Source: Calcarisporiella thermophila CBS 279.70
Lineage: Eukaryota > Fungi > Calcarisporiellomycota
Assembly (NCBI RefSeq): GCF_041956535.1
Contig: NW_027192207.1
Coordinates: 591,374 to 655,373 of the forward strand
Reading direction: 5' to 3'
Length of the DNA: 64,000 nt
Every line of letters begins with the position of its first letter. Position 1 is the stretch's first letter. This document shows, piece by piece, positions 25,862 to 39,681 of the stretch. The position numbers and the translations under genes are program-made. Under the pieces are notes generated by a model that did not search any database, was not told where the DNA came from, and was given only the letters and a program-made list of their open reading frames with translations.

Positions 25862-27042
25862 TTATAAATTCTTGTATCTCACGTAAGAATATAAGGCAGA
25901 TCCTCCAAGTGCTAGAAGAATCCCAATTCCATTAAGCACAGAGATGGTATTCTGGAAGATCCAGGCTGCTAGCGCAGTTTGGAAGCATGATTTTGCGGTG
26001 CCTAAAAAAAAGTACTGAATTAATATAATCAATTTCCTCTTCAAATGGAATCCTTATATACCTGAAATTGTATTGGTAAGAGGTGTTGTATATTTTATCT
26101 GAAGGAACATTGCAATATTGATAACGAATCCGGTAATCCCAGTGATGGTCATAAGTATCCAGAAGCCAGTTTCTCCTAAAAAGGTGACGGTAGAGAAGAT
26201 GTCCCCAAGCTCACCAGATAATAGTACAAGTGGGAACAGGAAAATAATAGAGAGCGTTGTGTTATAGTGCAGCAAGCGCCACTGGTTATTGTCAACGAGC
26301 ACAAGAGTCTTCTTTACATAGATGCCATAAAGGGCAACGAATGCAGACGAACCCACACCATAGATGATTCCCATCCATGAAAAATTGATCTCTCCATAAG
26401 ATCCGATGACGAATCCGAGTAAAACGATGAGGCAAGTAAAGAGCGTGGCTGTAGATGTTTTATTTCCAAGGATGGTGTAGGTAAAGATGATGTTAAAAAC
26501 GATAGAAAGTGATCGGGCAACCTTAATCAACATTGTGTTATTTAGCTGATTTAGCATTTGAAATAATATTTAATCGTACCTGATAAAATGTCACTTCAAC
26601 ATATTGTAGGCAAAGGTTGTTAAGCGCAAGCATCATCACATAAATGAAGGTAAGTGGAGCAACATTTTTTGCAATGTGTGCCTTAAATTCGAAAGGAGGG
26701 ATTAGGGCAAATTGACTGTTCCTAGCAGTATTAAGAATGCATAATTAGAGTTAACTCCTTCTTATCGCTACAAGTGGAATCCTACTTTTTTCCAATGCTG
26801 CTTCCGAGTAACAATAGAACGAGTGCAACCAGCATCTGGTACCATGTAACAAAAAGCGGGTAGGGGAACTTGTATTCATCACCGCTAAGAATTATCTTGT
26901 TGAGGAAAACCACCGCAAGGGATACGACCCAGTAAAATGCAACAACCAACAAGATAAGATGGGTTGAATGCTGCTTGCGCGCACTAGCATTGGCTGGAGA
27001 TGGTAGGTATTTATCAGACCCTTTTTCGTCGTGGCTGACCAT
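25862..27042 (-). CDS. Nucleotide-sugar transporter, GDP-fucose transporter (SLC35C1-like)
   Basis: YWVVSLAVVFLNK, PLFVTWYQ, NNLCLQYVEVTFYQVARSL, LQIKYTTPLTNTISGTAK. Confidence 0.88.
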
Positions 27043-27429
27043 TACGATCTATTTTTATTTTGTTTTTGTTTGAAATGATGGAAGGAGTGGTACGAACGAA
27101 AATGAAAGAAGCTCATAATTGTATCTGAAATTTTCTGAATTGTAATTTCAGACCAGGCGTCAGTTCGCAAATATCTTTCTGCTCTCCCTTGTGTTCTCGC
27201 GCCTTATCTTCCATTTCTTTATTTCTTTTCATAGTATTTCTTGCATCCATCCATTAGATACGAATATAAAGTATGTATAATTATTTGTTGCAGATGGATG
27301 AAATGATAATTCACCTTTAATCGAAAAACTTGAATTTTCACTTTGGATGATTTTCATTTTTTAAGATGATTTAAAATGTATTTTTAGCTAAACACTAATC
27401 TCTATACTATTCCATAGACTTACGTCGTA

Positions 27430-28226
<797 letters not shown>

Positions 28227-28426
28227 ACAATCCTTTCTTTTTTTTCTTTTCCTAATAAAAATGAACGACCATAATACTTATTTTTATTGCTTTTTCACAA
28301 ATAAAATGAAATATAATACGAATTTACTTTTATTTTTCTTAACATTAACAAAACATTTAACTTTGTAAATGATAATACTAAAGATCGTACATATGATCAT
28401 ACACAGCTGATTAACCTTGATTTATT

Positions 28427-29004
28427 TCACCCAAATGCACTGGCCGTAAAATGCGGTATCTGACTAGCAGACTCCGGAACAACTTCTTCCTGTTTTACAG
28501 GATCATATCTGGCGGAAAATTCATTGCTTTTTGTGCGAGGCCGTTGACGGGATTTTGCAGAGAAATGAGTTCCTATTTAACAAAAGAAATAATGAATCAG
28601 TCGTTCTGAATGAATGCTTTAAACTATTATTACTATAATGTTGCCACATATTATCTTTTCGCGAGAATCTGGAGTTGCAACCGGGCATGAGACAGGCATA
28701 GTTTTTCTCTCCCGTGTGAATTCGGTGATGCCGAGCGAGATGTCCACTAATATAATATATGTTAATATCGATATCCATGGCATAATATTTGAAATAGATA
28801 ATACCTTGTAGTAAATGATTTATCACAGTCGGGATAGCTGCAAAAGTACTTTTTCTTGTGAGCAATGAGGGAGACATTCGTCACTGAAAGTATGCAAGCC
28901 TTTTGGGGCGAGAACTGAGGGATCGAGCTATCATAGTGCTCTTCGTTCAAGAGGCTAACTCGTTTGCCGTTAGAATTAGTAATGGACCACCTCGAATCGA
29001 TCAT
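28427..29004 (-). CDS. Two-finger C2H2 transcription factor, Nrg1-like
   Basis: CSYPDCDKSFTTSGHLARHHRIHTGEKNYACLMPGCNSRFSRKDNMWQHYRTH after splicing. Confidence 0.85.
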
Positions 29005-29534
29005 ATGCTATGTTAAATATTGAGAAATAGAACTACTACTTAAATAAAGAAGATAAATAAATAAACGAAGATAAGCTGAAAAAAAAGGGAGACAACTTGA
29101 AAGAAACTCCCCCTTTCCCTTTTTCTCTAAAGCGGGGAAACAGGGTCAATGGTCAGGCTGGATGAGCCCTTGTTTCAGCCTTTCGACCAAAAATTTAAGG
29201 GCCCACTTGCTGGCCCGAACACAATAGGTAAACTCGTGAGACACTTCATATATCCGCTTAGTGTACCCACTCCATAGTTTAGTAAATACTCTTACGATAT
29301 TGGATTAGTGCAAGTATTTGGAAAATGAAAACGGCGGAAAGGGTAAAGCCGAAAACCGAGATTGAAAAAGGCTTCAGAGGCATTGTACAGAGCCTAATAT
29401 GGACTTAAGAAACCGAAGCAAAAAACATAGCAGAGATCTCGATATTGAAAGAGAAATATATTTTATTTATAACATGCCAACACCAGCACAAAAAGCAAAA
29501 GGAGAGGATATTTGTAATTACAATGTCATTAAGT

Positions 29535-30174
29535 TTACTTCTCCTTGTTTGCTTTGGCTTTCTTGGTTCCGCGGAATTTCTTAGCACGGTTTTTGCGCTC
29601 CTTGCGCTGTTTGCGGGCGACATTGCCAGTTTCCGCAAGGCCGTGTCTAACAAGGCGGTGCTTGGGTTCAAATCTCTTTGCTGACTCTAGTGAGTCGTAG
29701 ATGAGCGCAAAGCCGGTCGATTTGCCACCACCGAAATGTGTGCGGAAACCGAAGCAGAAAATGTTCTCCTTATCGGTTTTGTACATCTTTGCAAGCTTAT
29801 CACGCACTTCATCCTTGCTCAAATTAGCACGCGATGGATGTAGCACATCGACAACCATCTGCTTACGCTGCAGAAGGCGGTTGGTGAGGAACTTGCGGGT
29901 ACGAATTGTAGCAGTCGCTTCAGACTACACGATAAAATAGAGAATTAGCTCTTACTTGAAAATTTTAGGAGATTCATAAGGGAATCACAAATAAAAGATC
30001 AAAATATCCTTTAACATTTCACAGATCAAAATTCTTCACGAAATGCGATTTAAGCATCTAAATCGCATTATTAACCATTCTCACTCCCCATTTGAAAATC
30101 ACATTCACTCCAGTAAAGGAGTTATCCATCCATCTATCCTAAAAACACATCCATCGTCTTTAGAAGCTTACCAT
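29535..30174 (-). CDS. RPS24: 40S ribosomal protein eS24
   Basis: Coding exon 1 is ATG only, then intron; [39 protein letters not shown]. Confidence 0.98.
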
Positions 30175-30402
30175 TTTATCGATGCGCAATATGATATGAA
30201 CCTCTTGGACAGAGAGGGTGTGATGTCTGTGAAAAGAGAGGGAGTCTATCTCATGTAGTCCTTAGATTAATATTTTCGATGCGGAATCATTCATAAGCCA
30301 CTTGATTTAACAAATAGCATATTAAATTATTCTCGTAGTCAAATTATTTCAAATATTACGTTTATTAAGAAACGCTAGAAAATACTCATTAGATTAATGT
30401 GG

Positions 30403-32491
30403 TTACAATGTATAGAAGATTAATGAAATTAGGTTACATTGCGGGTAAAAAAAAAGGAAATTTAATAAAATTACTAATCCAGAAGCAAACCATATAACAG
30501 CTCCATTAGTTGCTATTGATGGTGGTGCATTCGCTCTGGCTGGAGGACCTAATCTAGTTCCACAATCCAAATGGCACTTGAATGCAAGCGTTTTCTGATC
30601 CCTCATTTCAGCATCTGTGGGACACACCTGGAAAATGTTCGGCTGAACTCTGCAATATGCCAGATTGGGAGGTGCAACTATCGAAGGGAATGCTCCATTT
30701 AGCTGATTATGGCCGAGTGCTAAGTATTCAAGATTCTGGAGTTGGGCAATTTCACTTGGAAAGGTGCCGGTAAATCGGTTATGATTTAGTAGACTATTGG
30801 ATTCAATTAGAATACGTATAAATATTCATATACAAAGTTGACTTACAGTTTCTGAAGGGAAACCATGTTTCCGATAGAGGGAGGGATTTTTTCACTCAAC
30901 TGATTATGCCCAACATCACTATTTTGAGTTAGATACATAGGAGTTATATTCAAGTATATCGGGAGACACGAATTTACTTACAATATTCGGGCAGCCGCTA
31001 AGTTTCCTACGGCGGGGGATATAGCGCCGGTAAGTTCGTTTTTACTTAGAACAATATCTATCAATGATGTAATAGAATACAGAGTGTCGGGAATTGGGCC
31101 TGTCAAATTGTTTCCTTTCAAGTTACTGAGCCCTAAGTGAGCGAAGGAACGTACAATATTTAGAAATCAATACATTTCTTACAGTAATTGAAGGCTGCTC
31201 AATTGCCCGATTTCCAAAGGAATTTTGCCCTGGAAATGGTTAGAGTCAAGTGCAAGCCCCTTAAGATTGATTAATTTTCCAATAGTGGGCGGAATAATTC
31301 CGGATAAAGTGTTATTCGATAGAAATCTAATAGCATACATGTTATGAGTTGGAGACTGAATTTTGAAATCTATAATATTCTAAACATACAATCCCTGTAG
31401 CCTTGTCATGTCCATCCACGATTGAGGGAGTCCTCCTGTAAAACTGTTGTTTCGCAAATGGCTATGGAAAGCAGTTGAAAATCAGCGATTTCATAGAAAT
31501 TGTGGGGAAATGGGTGCTTACATATACTCGAGGACAGGGATAGTGCCTAAAGAGTCCGGGAGTATTCCAGATAACTTATTTTCGTCTACATTTCTATCAA
31601 ACATGTACGCCGTTAAACGAAGGAAATAAGAAAGGATAATCTAGGCCGAACTTACAGGTATTTGAGTGTCTTTAAGTTCCCCAATTCTGAAGGTAGATTG
31701 CCTGTGAGGTAGTTTCCGCTCAAATCACTTGAATCCAAAACATTGCAAAAATTAGATTCGCAAAATCATTTAATAAATGCACATTCTAAACTTACAGATG
31801 AATCAATCCCATCAGTTTGCCAAATATCGAAGGAATCTGACCCTGAAGATTATTTCTAGCCAAGTCCCTAGATCAAAATATATACTTAATTTTTTCTTAT
31901 TTTGTTACCTATATTATCAATACAATTAACTTACAATCGAGTTACTACACCCACATTATTGCAGTGAACCCGCGCCCAACCACAACAGGATAGCATATCT
32001 TGACTACTCCAACCAGTTGCTTCGGTCCACTGTCCCCCCGTAAGTTTGAAAATACCGCTAAGCACAGCACATGTTTCGCGGAGCGTTTCGGCATTGGCTT
32101 CTGCAAGCGTTACATTTTCGGGTAAACCTGGTACATTCGTGACGGCTGGTGTCGGAGCTTGTGAAGGTTCTGCTGAAAGTGAAGTCTCCGGAAGGGAGGA
32201 ATGAGCGGAAGAATCTGAACCTGCAGTAGCTGTGGCTTCTGAAGAAGGGATGCTGGTAGTAGGATTCTGAAATGTAGTAGGGACTGTTTCATGCTGCTCA
32301 TCGATGGCTATCTTAGAATCAATTGTTGGCTGAGAATCTACAGTCGGTTCGTCTTCAAAATTATTTGTGGTTGTATTGGTTGTATCCTGAGTGTCCTGTG
32401 CACGCGCAATGGCGAGTAGGATAGAGAGCAAAATCAGAAACAACAATGGTCTCCTCATTTCCTTGAGAACAATAGCTGCTTTTCTTTTCAT
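30403..32491 (-). CDS. Cell-surface plant-type LRR protein (signal peptide, S/T stalk, LRRNT cap, ~11 LRRs, hydrophobic C-terminus), 9 exons
   Basis: W...CCGWARVHC cap; repeats LxxNxLxGxIPxxxGxLxxL; terminal hydrophobic segment; no kinase domain. Confidence 0.88.
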
Positions 32492-32907
32492 TTTTTTTTT
32501 TTTTACTTTTGCTCCTAGTCTTCTACTCTTATTCTACTCGTGCCAGTGTCCACCCATACTAAAGCCACTAGGATGTGAAGCATATAAAACTGTGGAAATA
32601 AAACCATATTAGTTGAAACTTATTCTAAGGATTAATTGTAGAACGTTAATTTCCATATCGGTCGGTAGAGAAATTAATAAATACAGATTGGGCGGGAAAA
32701 TCCACACACATTAGGATATTTTTAGAACGATGCGGTGTTAATCAACTCTGAAGAGATATATTGAACGTTATATAAACACAACTCAAGTAAAAAGGGGAAA
32801 AATATTACACAAATGAAATTGAGGATGCCATATCAAGTCAGGATGATGTAAGGAGAATTGCAACTAAATGATCGTAATGCCAGCAGTAAATTTATCATAA
32901 TTCCATT

Positions 32908-35900
32908 TTAAATGTTTGGTGTGCTGGGTAAACTTGACCTTGGCACACGTGGCTCTAGCTCTAATGATCGATCATAGAGGAACTAGAAGACAAGATAGAT
33001 CTAGCTTTAGACATATCCTATCACCATGAAAATGTAATTAAATTCTTACATCATCGCTCCATAACTGTAAAGCGGCAATTGTCTTGATAATCTCAGGTTC
33101 AAGTTTGATATGCGTATATGGACTACGTTCGAAAAAGCTACCGTTATTTTTTTTCCTCCTATACGTTGCTGCAAACTACCTACCTTCGTTGAAATCTTCT
33201 TACTGTGCCAAATATCGTGTCTCCCATTAGTTGAAATTTCTTCCAGTGGATATTTGGTCCTTCCTTGAAATCAGGATTTCCTTCTGCAATGCTCACCAAA
33301 TCTTTTAAATGGACGCCCCTATTGTACAAAGTTAATAACTTAATGTTGATGCATTTCCCAAAACAGAATTTACAAGTAAGGAACGCAAGGAGCCGTTGAC
33401 CCTTTAAGTGCTAATCTGTAGTTTTGATAGGATCGATCTGAGGACATAAGGGTAACCAGCCCTTGATATTTCTGGTAGATTGGCCGCTGACGAACGACGG
33501 CAAAAGTCTGCGTTAACCTCCCTACTGGACCATTGTTGAGAGCGGCGAGCACGGCGGTAAGGGTGTTAAAATTGTTGAGCTCGCGAAGAGACTGAGCGAT
33601 TTGCATGAACTTTTCCAGAGTTCTCGCACGTTGTTTTAACTTAGGTTGTGAAAGGACCATAGTTGCCGTCCTAAAATGAAATCATAAGAACAATAGTTAA
33701 CAAGATTAACAAATATTTTGCATATATACCATGCGGATACAAAATTAAAATGCGAACTACAGGACGAAACGTTGGGTATCATTGAGCGAGATATTCTTTT
33801 TTGGTCTTTTTCCCCTGACCCCATTACTTGCTGTATCATATCACGCGGCTATGAATAGTTCTAGATTAATATTATTTTAGCCATTTTACTGAGAAATGAG
33901 GTCTTACTTTAATTTTTCGAAAGAGTTCAAACTCGATCCATGTCAATTGAGAAGCAATTTCCATTGCAGATAATTCTAGAATGCTTTGAAAAGGATCAGG
34001 ATTAACTATCGCGCTGAATGCCTTGCGATTTGCAGTGAGGCTAACGAAACTTGGTCGACGAGATATGCGAAGCGTGCTGCTCGATTCGCTGGTAGGCAAT
34101 GATCCTCTACGCTTGTTTGAGACAAACCCTGATGGTGGGAGTGGAAGAATCAAGGCTAATATTGTAGCATCTCCCCCTGCGAACTTCGGGGATTGCAGTG
34201 AGGAAGAGGAGGCGCCAGCAAATTTGTGATTTTCGTCATTTCTCTCGATGATACCGCTTTGCATACTCGTGGTTGAATAGGAAGAAGCGGTTGAGAACTT
34301 ACGATGGGCCACATATTCCGAGTTGATTGATGAAGGGACCTGCCGAGATAGAGGAGGGGTTGTGTTTTTTGTTAAAGGTGTTCCATCTGGAGTAATCCCC
34401 GAGAGTAGGCCCTCTCCAAGATGAAATGTTGGAGTAATTTGGATCCGATCTGATATCATTGCATAGATCTCTGCTGGAAGATCCGAAACGGGTAATTTTT
34501 CGCCTGCTATGCCAGAAATGGTTGTAGGAGATATATAGCCACTATCTTTTCTTAGCGAAGTGATGTGTGTGAACTCTTCCTCAGAAATGGCCGACGATGA
34601 AGATTGAGTGGAGGAGCGCAAGTTGTTTGAATAATCTGTTAAACCCCAACAGTTATCTAGATCTCGTTCACAAGGCTCCTTGATTATCAAGGGTGCTAGA
34701 ATATCACAAAGCGGTTGCGTGTACTCATTTGCGGAGAGGTATTCGAGAAATATATGGAGTTTTTTACGGGTATCAGCGTGTATAAAATCATTCCAGTAAT
34801 CGAGCACCCATTCAGCAATCACGTCCGTGATTCTATTACAGTTATCGTGGTCAAGTCATCTATCTCCAGAGTTTTACTTATCTGTGTCACTCACCTTTTT
34901 TGTACCGGGGTTACGAAGTACGACCGATCATCACATTCCTGATGAAAACGGTCGATAAGATGCGTTAACAGCTCTAGTGGCCGCATAAATCGCCGATAAG
35001 ACATCAGAAAAGTGGAGCAGAAGAGATCATCTAGATATAATAAATAAAAAGTCTAAGCTCTCCAAGCAAAATCTAAAATATAGTGACGGATTACCTTTAT
35101 CCATATCGACGTTCACTAGTCGATCAATCAACTCCCCGATTGTCTGTCCGCCGGCACTCGATTCACTAAATAAAAATTTTAGCTTTTGTAGGACTAAATA
35201 TTTCATTCTTCACAAAATATGCTGCATACTTGCTATCTTTAGATCCTCTTCGTCCTTTAACAACAGGGGGCTCTAAATTATCTTGTAGGTTTTCTTCGTG
35301 AGGATCGGGAGGTGGCCATTTGCAGGGATATACCGCATGAACCGTAAAATCTGAACCTCTTCTTCTGAAACTGTAAGAATTGGGCAACAGTTCAGTTTCT
35401 TCGTCAAAATGATTTAACAAGTTGGAAGTCGAAGATGCATGAGGACAGGTGCGGGCGCTGTGCTTAAGGGTCGGGTGAAGACTTTGGCTATGGTTGATTT
35501 GCCGTTTTCCACTTTCTGCACTAGCCACTTGCGCTCGGGAATTGAGTGAGTGAATAATTAGAGGAGGTTTCACTTTCAATTTTGAATCTTTATAACTCTC
35601 CGGGTTCGGAGCATTGGACATCGTATCGGCTGATTCGACTGAAAGCTTAGCTGTAAGATAATGGAAAACGTTAGCGCGCCTTTATAAAATATGGCTCTAA
35701 AGAAGCTAAATTTACTTGAATGAGAGAGAACCGAAGTTATCAGCGAAACGAACAATTCTCGTATACTCCATAGTCCTTTGTTGCTATTTGCATCCACTTC
35801 CTTATAAGAAATTGCAAACGTTGAAGCTAATTTAGGGCCCATCTTTGTATCAACTTGTCGCTTCCGCGAAAATCCATCTGATTTACACCCTACGAGAACA

Positions 35901-36680
35901 ATTGGAATTCCGAGATCCTTTAAAATATCTGTTGAAGAAAATTTAATACTGCACTTGCCAAGTTCATAAATATAATGCTTACAAAGTGTCCTGTATATCC
36001 CGTGAGTTGAATCCCGTAAATTCAAGTCAAAGCATACTATTATTCCATGAGCCGATTCTACTTCCTATAGGTGATAATAAAATTTGCAGCTCTGCATTAA
36101 GGTAAAAAAAAAAACGACATAAAAATTACCTTCCACCTATCTAATGGATAAATGCTGTCTTTTTCATCCTCCTCAACAAACCCTTCACCCAACTCTAAGA
36201 TTTTTATGTTGTGCTTTACGTTATTTTTAGCGTAGTAGCAGGCATGATATGCTGCATTACTGGCACTATCATCTTGCGGCCGATATTCTTTCGCATCATC
36301 CAACCCCAATCGGATAAGCGTTGACTAGAATAGAAAAACTGAGCATAAAATCTCAATGATTATAATAAAATGTCAAATGTACCTTTCCAACTCCCTTTCT
36401 TCCAAGTACTGCGATAATGATTGATGATTTTCCATCTTGAACATATGGTTGACTTTTTCTAGTTAGTATAACCGCAGGACATGACTATATATTAAGACAC
36501 TATTTAGTTATATGCAGAAATTCAGAGAAGAGAAGACAACATCACCATCTTCCGAAATGAATCTCCTTTAGACATCACTGGCAACTGATTTGTAGAAATA
36601 AGTGGTGGGACGGTGAATGATTCCGTTGAGATTGCCTTGCGAAGTTGGGGAGTGTGGTATTCATGCTTTTTAAACCACAT
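32908..36680 (-). CDS. RasGEF (CDC25 domain) with N-terminal Ras-like P-loop domain; start codon inferred
   Basis: IAVLGRKGVGK|ST, IVLVGCKSD, EVDA; REM-like FCSTFLMSYRRFMRP; IASQLTWIEFELF, LRELNNFNTLTAVLAAL, PCVPYLG. Confidence 0.88.
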
Positions 36681-37113
36681 GGCTTATATACCCGCTTCGA
36701 AAACACTCAGCCTGTTCACTGGGACGCCTAATTTTACTTCCGTTTACTACAAATCAAATAGGCTTGAACTTCTTAGAAGTAGATATGCGCAATCATGAGC
36801 GAGTTTGATAGAATAACATGTAATGCCGAGGGGTGTTATGTGCACGTCAATGGCAAAATAGATTACGTGATGCAAGCGGGATTGGAATGAAGTCAGCCCG
36901 GATGAGGATCCAAAGGCTCAAGCTACCAACAAACCAAACAAGAATAAAAGAAAAAACAGAGAACTGACTGAGCTGAATATAATGGGATTTTCATTAGTCC
37001 CATTTTGGAAGATAAAGTCATTATTAATTTTTATTTATTTATATTTTTTTCCCATAAGAAATCCCAACTAAAAAAAGAAGATATTTGCAGCCCCCTTCTT
37101 GACCAAGCAGTGG

Positions 37114-39542
37114 CTAGTTCAGCACGACCAGCTCCTCATCGTCCAGTAATATGATCCCGTTCCTTTCCACGCCAATATCCTGTCGCGCTTTCTTTGCCGA
37201 GCTCCCTTCTTCCTTAACATCGTCACGCTCCTCATCAGCCTCCCGCTTCCGTTTACTCTGTAACGATTGTGGCTTTCGCTCGCCAGTTACCTCCAATGAA
37301 ATCTGTGGATCCCCAAGACTATCTTCATGTCTATTCATCTCCCCATTAGTTCCATTGCGTAAATTTGAAACTGCAAGTTTCACCTACTTTTGTAATATTG
37401 AGAGAATAATGGGCGTCTGTGCATATTCACCCTCGCTTTCGTCATCTCGCGTGATACTGAGCATCTTGCCATCTGTGATGGCAAGCGATTCAAGCGTGCG
37501 ATCAAGGTTATCATCAAATTCAATATCATAGAGAATGCTAAGTGTTAAAGGATTAGATCAAAGAAACATAATGATTCGACTTGTAGAGTCATACCGATCT
37601 CTTTCGGCAACGATTACTTCATATCCCGTTTTAAATTCTTGATCAATCCCCTTTATTACACTTCGTAAAGTGGCTTTCGATACGTCTGTGCGCAGGATGC
37701 AGTAATGGTTATTACAAACTCGACATTCTGGGTTGGGGGGTGCAAGAGGCTCCGTTACAAAGAGTTTGGGAGCAACTTGACGAAGGTATATCTATCGGCA
37801 GAGATTTTAAAACCAGTTGAAAGCAAAGGAGTAGTATTTTTCTTGTTACCGTTTTGCAGTCACCCAACCTTCCATCCAACACTTTAAAAGCTTGCATCAC
37901 CAACATTCCAGCAATGACCGCGTTTGTTGTGGCAATCGCAGGGATAATGTTTCCGGCCATTTCTTATTGAGATGACATATAAGAACAAAGTCTAGTAGAG
38001 ATACACGGTGCAAAAAATCAGCCTTACCCTTGACTTGGAAACGTGATTTTTTCTCGATTCCAAATATGTGTGCTCGTAAATTCGAAGTGGCCGTAACGAA
38101 ATCCAATGCATCGTCATCATCTTTATCGAAAGACAAATGAGTAATTTGCTCTGAAGATTGTGTATCTATAACCCGTTTGCTTAATCGCTGAATGCTATTG
38201 ATTTATATCGAAGTAGGCCGAAAATATAATTTGTAAGCATATAATAATGAATATTACCTGTCCACAAACATAGCAAAGTTTTCCTCCAAACTCCAAACTC
38301 GATGATCACGTCCAATAGTAGTACCACTATTATTCACACCTCCATTTTCTGTAAGTGTGTTTTTCTGGTCAAACTCTGTAAAAGTTAGAGGGATGGGAGC
38401 GCGTCGATTTTTCCACATATCTTCCATAGAAAGAAGACGGTGGATATCTCTATTGAAAACCTACAGATATGCTAATATTAGCACCGTGCGTAATAATAAT
38501 GCAAGAAAAGAGAGCTGCAACCTTCTCAAATACCAATCGACAATAATTATCTGACCCAACAGAGCTTCGTATATTCCTTAGCTCCTCTGACTCTCGCCTT
38601 AAATTCTCAATTTCCTTCGCATTATCTGGATTTTCATGCTTCTCTTTTTCAAGTGCCATATCTTCATCTTCTTCTGGTTCGTCGAAAAGCTGGCTAAAAT
38701 TCAAGACCAAGTTTAGGGAGTATTATTAAAATCATGTTGCCTCGAGCAATATACCTGAAAAGATAGCTTTTTGCCCATACGATACAGTGTATTGGTGCAC
38801 TGGGTGTACTACGGATAGTACACACTGGGTAGCTTTTGATAATTGGCTTTGGTTGACAATCATAGCATTCTGTTCGACCCATTTGGATGGCAGTAACCTG
38901 GCCCAGATAACCTGTGGTACCAGATTCAAGAAGAGGAACATTAGCTGCAAGACACATCTGATTCACATGGCGCCGAGCATCTATTGTTTTAAATTAGTAT
39001 TCGAATGACCTAAAATAAAACAAAAAATATCCCTTACCTAAATTGTCGAGCCCGTTCATGACAATATCAAATCTCTTGAACCACTCAACATTAAATTTTG
39101 CATCCTTTATATTTGCATGATGAGCTATAATCTCAACTGAAGGATTGAATCTCAAAGCAGATTCTCTGGCCACCTATGATTAGAGAATTAGCAGTTTTGT
39201 GAAAAGTATTACATCTTTGGAATATTACTTGGGCTTTAGATTTTTTTATATGCTGCTTCTGAAAGAGAAATTGTCGATTCAAATTCGATAGATCTATTGT
39301 GTCTAAATCCACCTACCCAATGGCGATAAAAATGAAGAATTTAAAAATATAAGAGGAAAGTGTATCGGGACTAATCTGCATAATGTAATTACCACTTCAA
39401 TGCTTCTAAATCCTGAAAGCACTAAGTTCTTGAGAAGCTCACAGCCAATCCCACCCGCTCCAACTAGTAGCACATGGCTATTGGATACTCTATTATAAAG
39501 CGAATGCCCAAGAAGAGCCTGTGTATGTTTGTCGCGTTTCAT
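37114..39542 (-). CDS. UBA2: SUMO-activating enzyme subunit 2
   Basis: [37 protein letters not shown] (catalytic Cys), [26 protein letters not shown]. Confidence 0.96.
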
Positions 39543-39681
39543 CTTTGCAATGATCATAACTTAATATCTTTCAACTTTGAAATATAGAGTGACTGCTCGT
39601 GGCTTTAAAATATATATTTCATTTTTGATCAATTAAGGGGGAAATATTACAGAGATAAAATACGTTACGTTAATAAGAAAG

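Noticed and set aside
30004-30015. ATATCCTTTAAC resembling a U12 donor/branch
   Set aside because: It lies on the plus strand inside the minus-strand RPS24 intron, with no matching host gene
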